Source: Chlamydiota bacterium | GTDB lineage: Bacteria > Chlamydiota > Chlamydiia > Chlamydiales > Rhabdochlamydiaceae | DNA: 64,000 nt | NCBI GenBank assembly: GCA_013286595.1 | Contig: JABDFI010000002.1 | Location: 10,151-74,150 of the forward strand | Direction: 5' to 3' | In this document: piece after piece, positions 62,514-64,000 of the stretch | Numbering within the stretch: the first letter of the stretch is position 1 | How the letters are laid out: each line of letters begins with the position of its first letter | The notes under the pieces: generated by a model | What the model was told of the DNA's origin: nothing | The model's database searches: none | The model's input: only the letters and a program-made list of their open reading frames with translations | Made by a program: the position numbers and the translations under genes

Positions 62514-62683
62514 AGACCTCTTTCGAAACTAAGATTCTGTCGATTTTCGGGTTCTTTTGAGCCGATTTTCGATTCTTTTTGCGGGGATTGTATCAAATTT
62601 CGTATACTACCCCCGCAAAAAGAATCGAAAATCGGCCAAAATAATCCCGAAAATCGACGAATCCTTAATTTCGAAAGAGGTCT
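62514..62683. repeat. Family-C palindromic MITE-like element
   Basis: Same arms as 53696-53866. It occupies the entire spacer between the TrmH-family stop (62682-62684) and the RluA start (62512). Confidence 0.88.
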
Positions 62684-63491
62684 AAGATCTCTGTCGCACA
62701 ACTTCATACAGTAATAAAGTAGTCGCTGTAGCGACATTAAGAGAGTCTGCTGTGCCGTGCATCGGGATGCGCACTTTCACATCAGCAGTGCCCATCAGAA
62801 AGGCTGACAGCCCCAGTTGTTCTGTCCCCACAGCAATGGCAATACCACCAGACATATCCACACGAGTGAATTCCTGTTCAGCTGCAGGCGTTGCTGCAAC
62901 CATCCTAATTTGCTCTGAGCGTAACCAGTCGATCAGATCCGCACTTGAGCTTTCCACAACTGGAACAGTAAAGAGTGTACCTACGCTAGCGCGCACTACA
63001 TTGGGATTGTAGATATCCGTACATCGATCACAGACAATCACACCATCCACACCTGCTGCATCAGCAGAGCGCAAAATCGTGCCTAAGTTCCCCGGTTTTT
63101 CTATCGATTCAGCAAGGACGAGAAAAGGATCTTTTTTTCCAAGTAACTTTTCTTTCAAGTAGGACAAATCGCGTTTCATCTGGACGGCCACACCAATGAG
63201 TCCATCAGGTCGATCTCGGTACGACAGTTTTTCAAATACGCGCGGATCACATGTCACAATATCCGCTCCCGTTTTTCCAAAACGCAAAATCAGATCTTCT
63301 TCATTAGTACCCAAAAAAAATTCAGGACAAATGAACAGCGTTTTCACAACGACATGGCCATCGGCAGCCCTTAAGAGTTCTCGGTATCCTTCAATGATAA
63401 AAAGGCCCGTCTGATTGCGTTCACGACGTTCGTTGAGTTTTACGGCTTGCTTGATCTTGGGATTCTGTAAACTAGTCAGCGTTTCTCTCAT
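62682..63491 (-). CDS. TrmH/SpoU-family RNA 2'-O-methyltransferase
   Basis: N-terminal substrate-binding domain (LQNPKIKQAVKL) and SpoU motifs (GNLGTILRSADAAGVDGVI; IPMHGTADSLNVATA). The ATG at 63491 overlaps the upstream TGA (ATGA). Confidence 0.85.
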   Translation of the reverse strand: MRETLTSLQNPKIKQAVKLNERRERNQTGLFIIEGYRELLRAADGHVVVKTLFICPEFFLGTNEEDLILRFGKTGADIVTCDPRVFEKLSYRDRPDGLIGVAVQMKRDLSYLKEKLLGKKDPFLVLAESIEKPGNLGTILRSADAAGVDGVIVCDRCTDIYNPNVVRASVGTLFTVPVVESSSADLIDWLRSEQIRMVAATPAAEQEFTRVDMSGGIAIAVGTEQLGLSAFLMGTADVKVRIPMHGTADSLNVATATTLLLYEVVRQRS

Positions 63492-64000
63492 AGAGGACCT
63501 TTCCATAAGGCTACACTACCATAAGGAATTCCCAAACCGCGCTCAGCTGGTAACACCATTTCACGCGCGGACACATCTCCCTGCTCCCCTTGCATCATCT
63601 GTTCTAGCAAATGTTGCAGGACCATGGGCGTCATCCCTGGAGTATGACTGGTAAAATAAACGAAGAGAGGATGTTCGCTTAACACTGATCGGCATAAATG
63701 TAATAGCGGCTGAATTTCCCGTTCGATTTTAAATACTTCGCCTTTATTGCCTCTTCCAAAAGTGGGAGGATCTAAAATGATCCCATCGTAGCGAACACCC
63801 CGTTTGATCTCGCGCAATAAAAATTTCATCACATCATCGACAATCCAACGGATAGGAGCATGTGATAACTCATTCAACGCTGCATTATCTCTTGCCCAGC
63901 TCACCATCCCTTTAGATGCATCTAAATGGCACACCTGAGCACCGGCTTGTGCTGCTGCAAGAGTGGCACCTCCTGAATAGGCGAACAAATTTAATATATT
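63488..64000 (-). CDS. Class I SAM-dependent (rRNA) methyltransferase, C-terminal part (5' end outside window)
   Basis: The frame is open to the window edge. NLFAYSGGATLAAAQAGA (SAM-binding motif I) and IILDPPTFGR (motif IV-like) resemble RlmI/RlmK-type enzymes. Confidence 0.7.
   Translation of the reverse strand, partial: NILNLFAYSGGATLAAAQAGAQVCHLDASKGMVSWARDNAALNELSHAPIRWIVDDVMKFLLREIKRGVRYDGIILDPPTFGRGNKGEVFKIEREIQPLLHLCRSVLSEHPLFVYFTSHTPGMTPMVLQHLLEQMMQGEQGDVSAREMVLPAERGLGIPYGSVALWKGPL

Overview
This 64-kb window is a bacterial chromosome segment. By gene content it most likely comes from an amoeba-associated member of the Chlamydiae (Parachlamydiaceae-like). That placement is an inference from three things: a regulatory hprK-ptsH-ptsI set with no EII genes, LPS genes (lpxK, kpsF, gmhA), and several eukaryote-like F-box/cysteine-containing-LRR genes.

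The backbone is ordinary housekeeping:
- Replication, translation and RNA modification: dnaX-ybaB, rplM-rpsI, miaB, serS, a tRNA-His, RluA/TrmH-type enzymes.
- Envelope and division: uppP, ftsK, comEC, lpxK, kpsF, gmhA.
- Metabolism: ndh, a fused E1 alpha-beta 2-oxoacid dehydrogenase, an E2 acyltransferase, icd, asd.
- Transport: an OMP-MFP-RND efflux operon, a VIT1-like protein next to a P1B-4-type ATPase, nhaD, an MFS and an APC transporter, metNI.

Accessory material is inserted into this backbone:
1. An island runs from the comEC 3' end to tRNA-His (about 13.2-19.8 kb). It holds an ISNCY transposase relic, an LRR gene bracketed by a ~136-bp duplication of the comEC 3' end, and a degraded IS982-like element. 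It also holds the best candidate for an undescribed system: a 516-aa signal-peptide/hydrophobic-block protein with a compact basic C-terminal module, translationally coupled to a small acidic ORF. That ORF is tandemly triplicated; two copies are frameshifted, and each of those is preceded by a relic of a diverged large-gene 3' end. This reads as toxin-immunity or effector-chaperone grammar.
2. A cluster at 31.5-35.6 kb holds three F-box/CC-LRR paralogues plus gene relics. They share a 5' leader, a conserved N-terminus and an inherited 3' frameshift.
3. At least three families of palindromic MITE-like elements fill intergenic spacers exactly.
4. An IS5-family element has two frame disruptions and a nested module bounded by inverted repeats.
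5. There are unusual domain fusions: receiver-MBL hydrolase, and cNMP-binding-CPBP protease.

All calls come from reading the sequence and the ORF track. No database or HMM search was possible, so family names rest on motifs I recognise, and start codons are approximate where noted.
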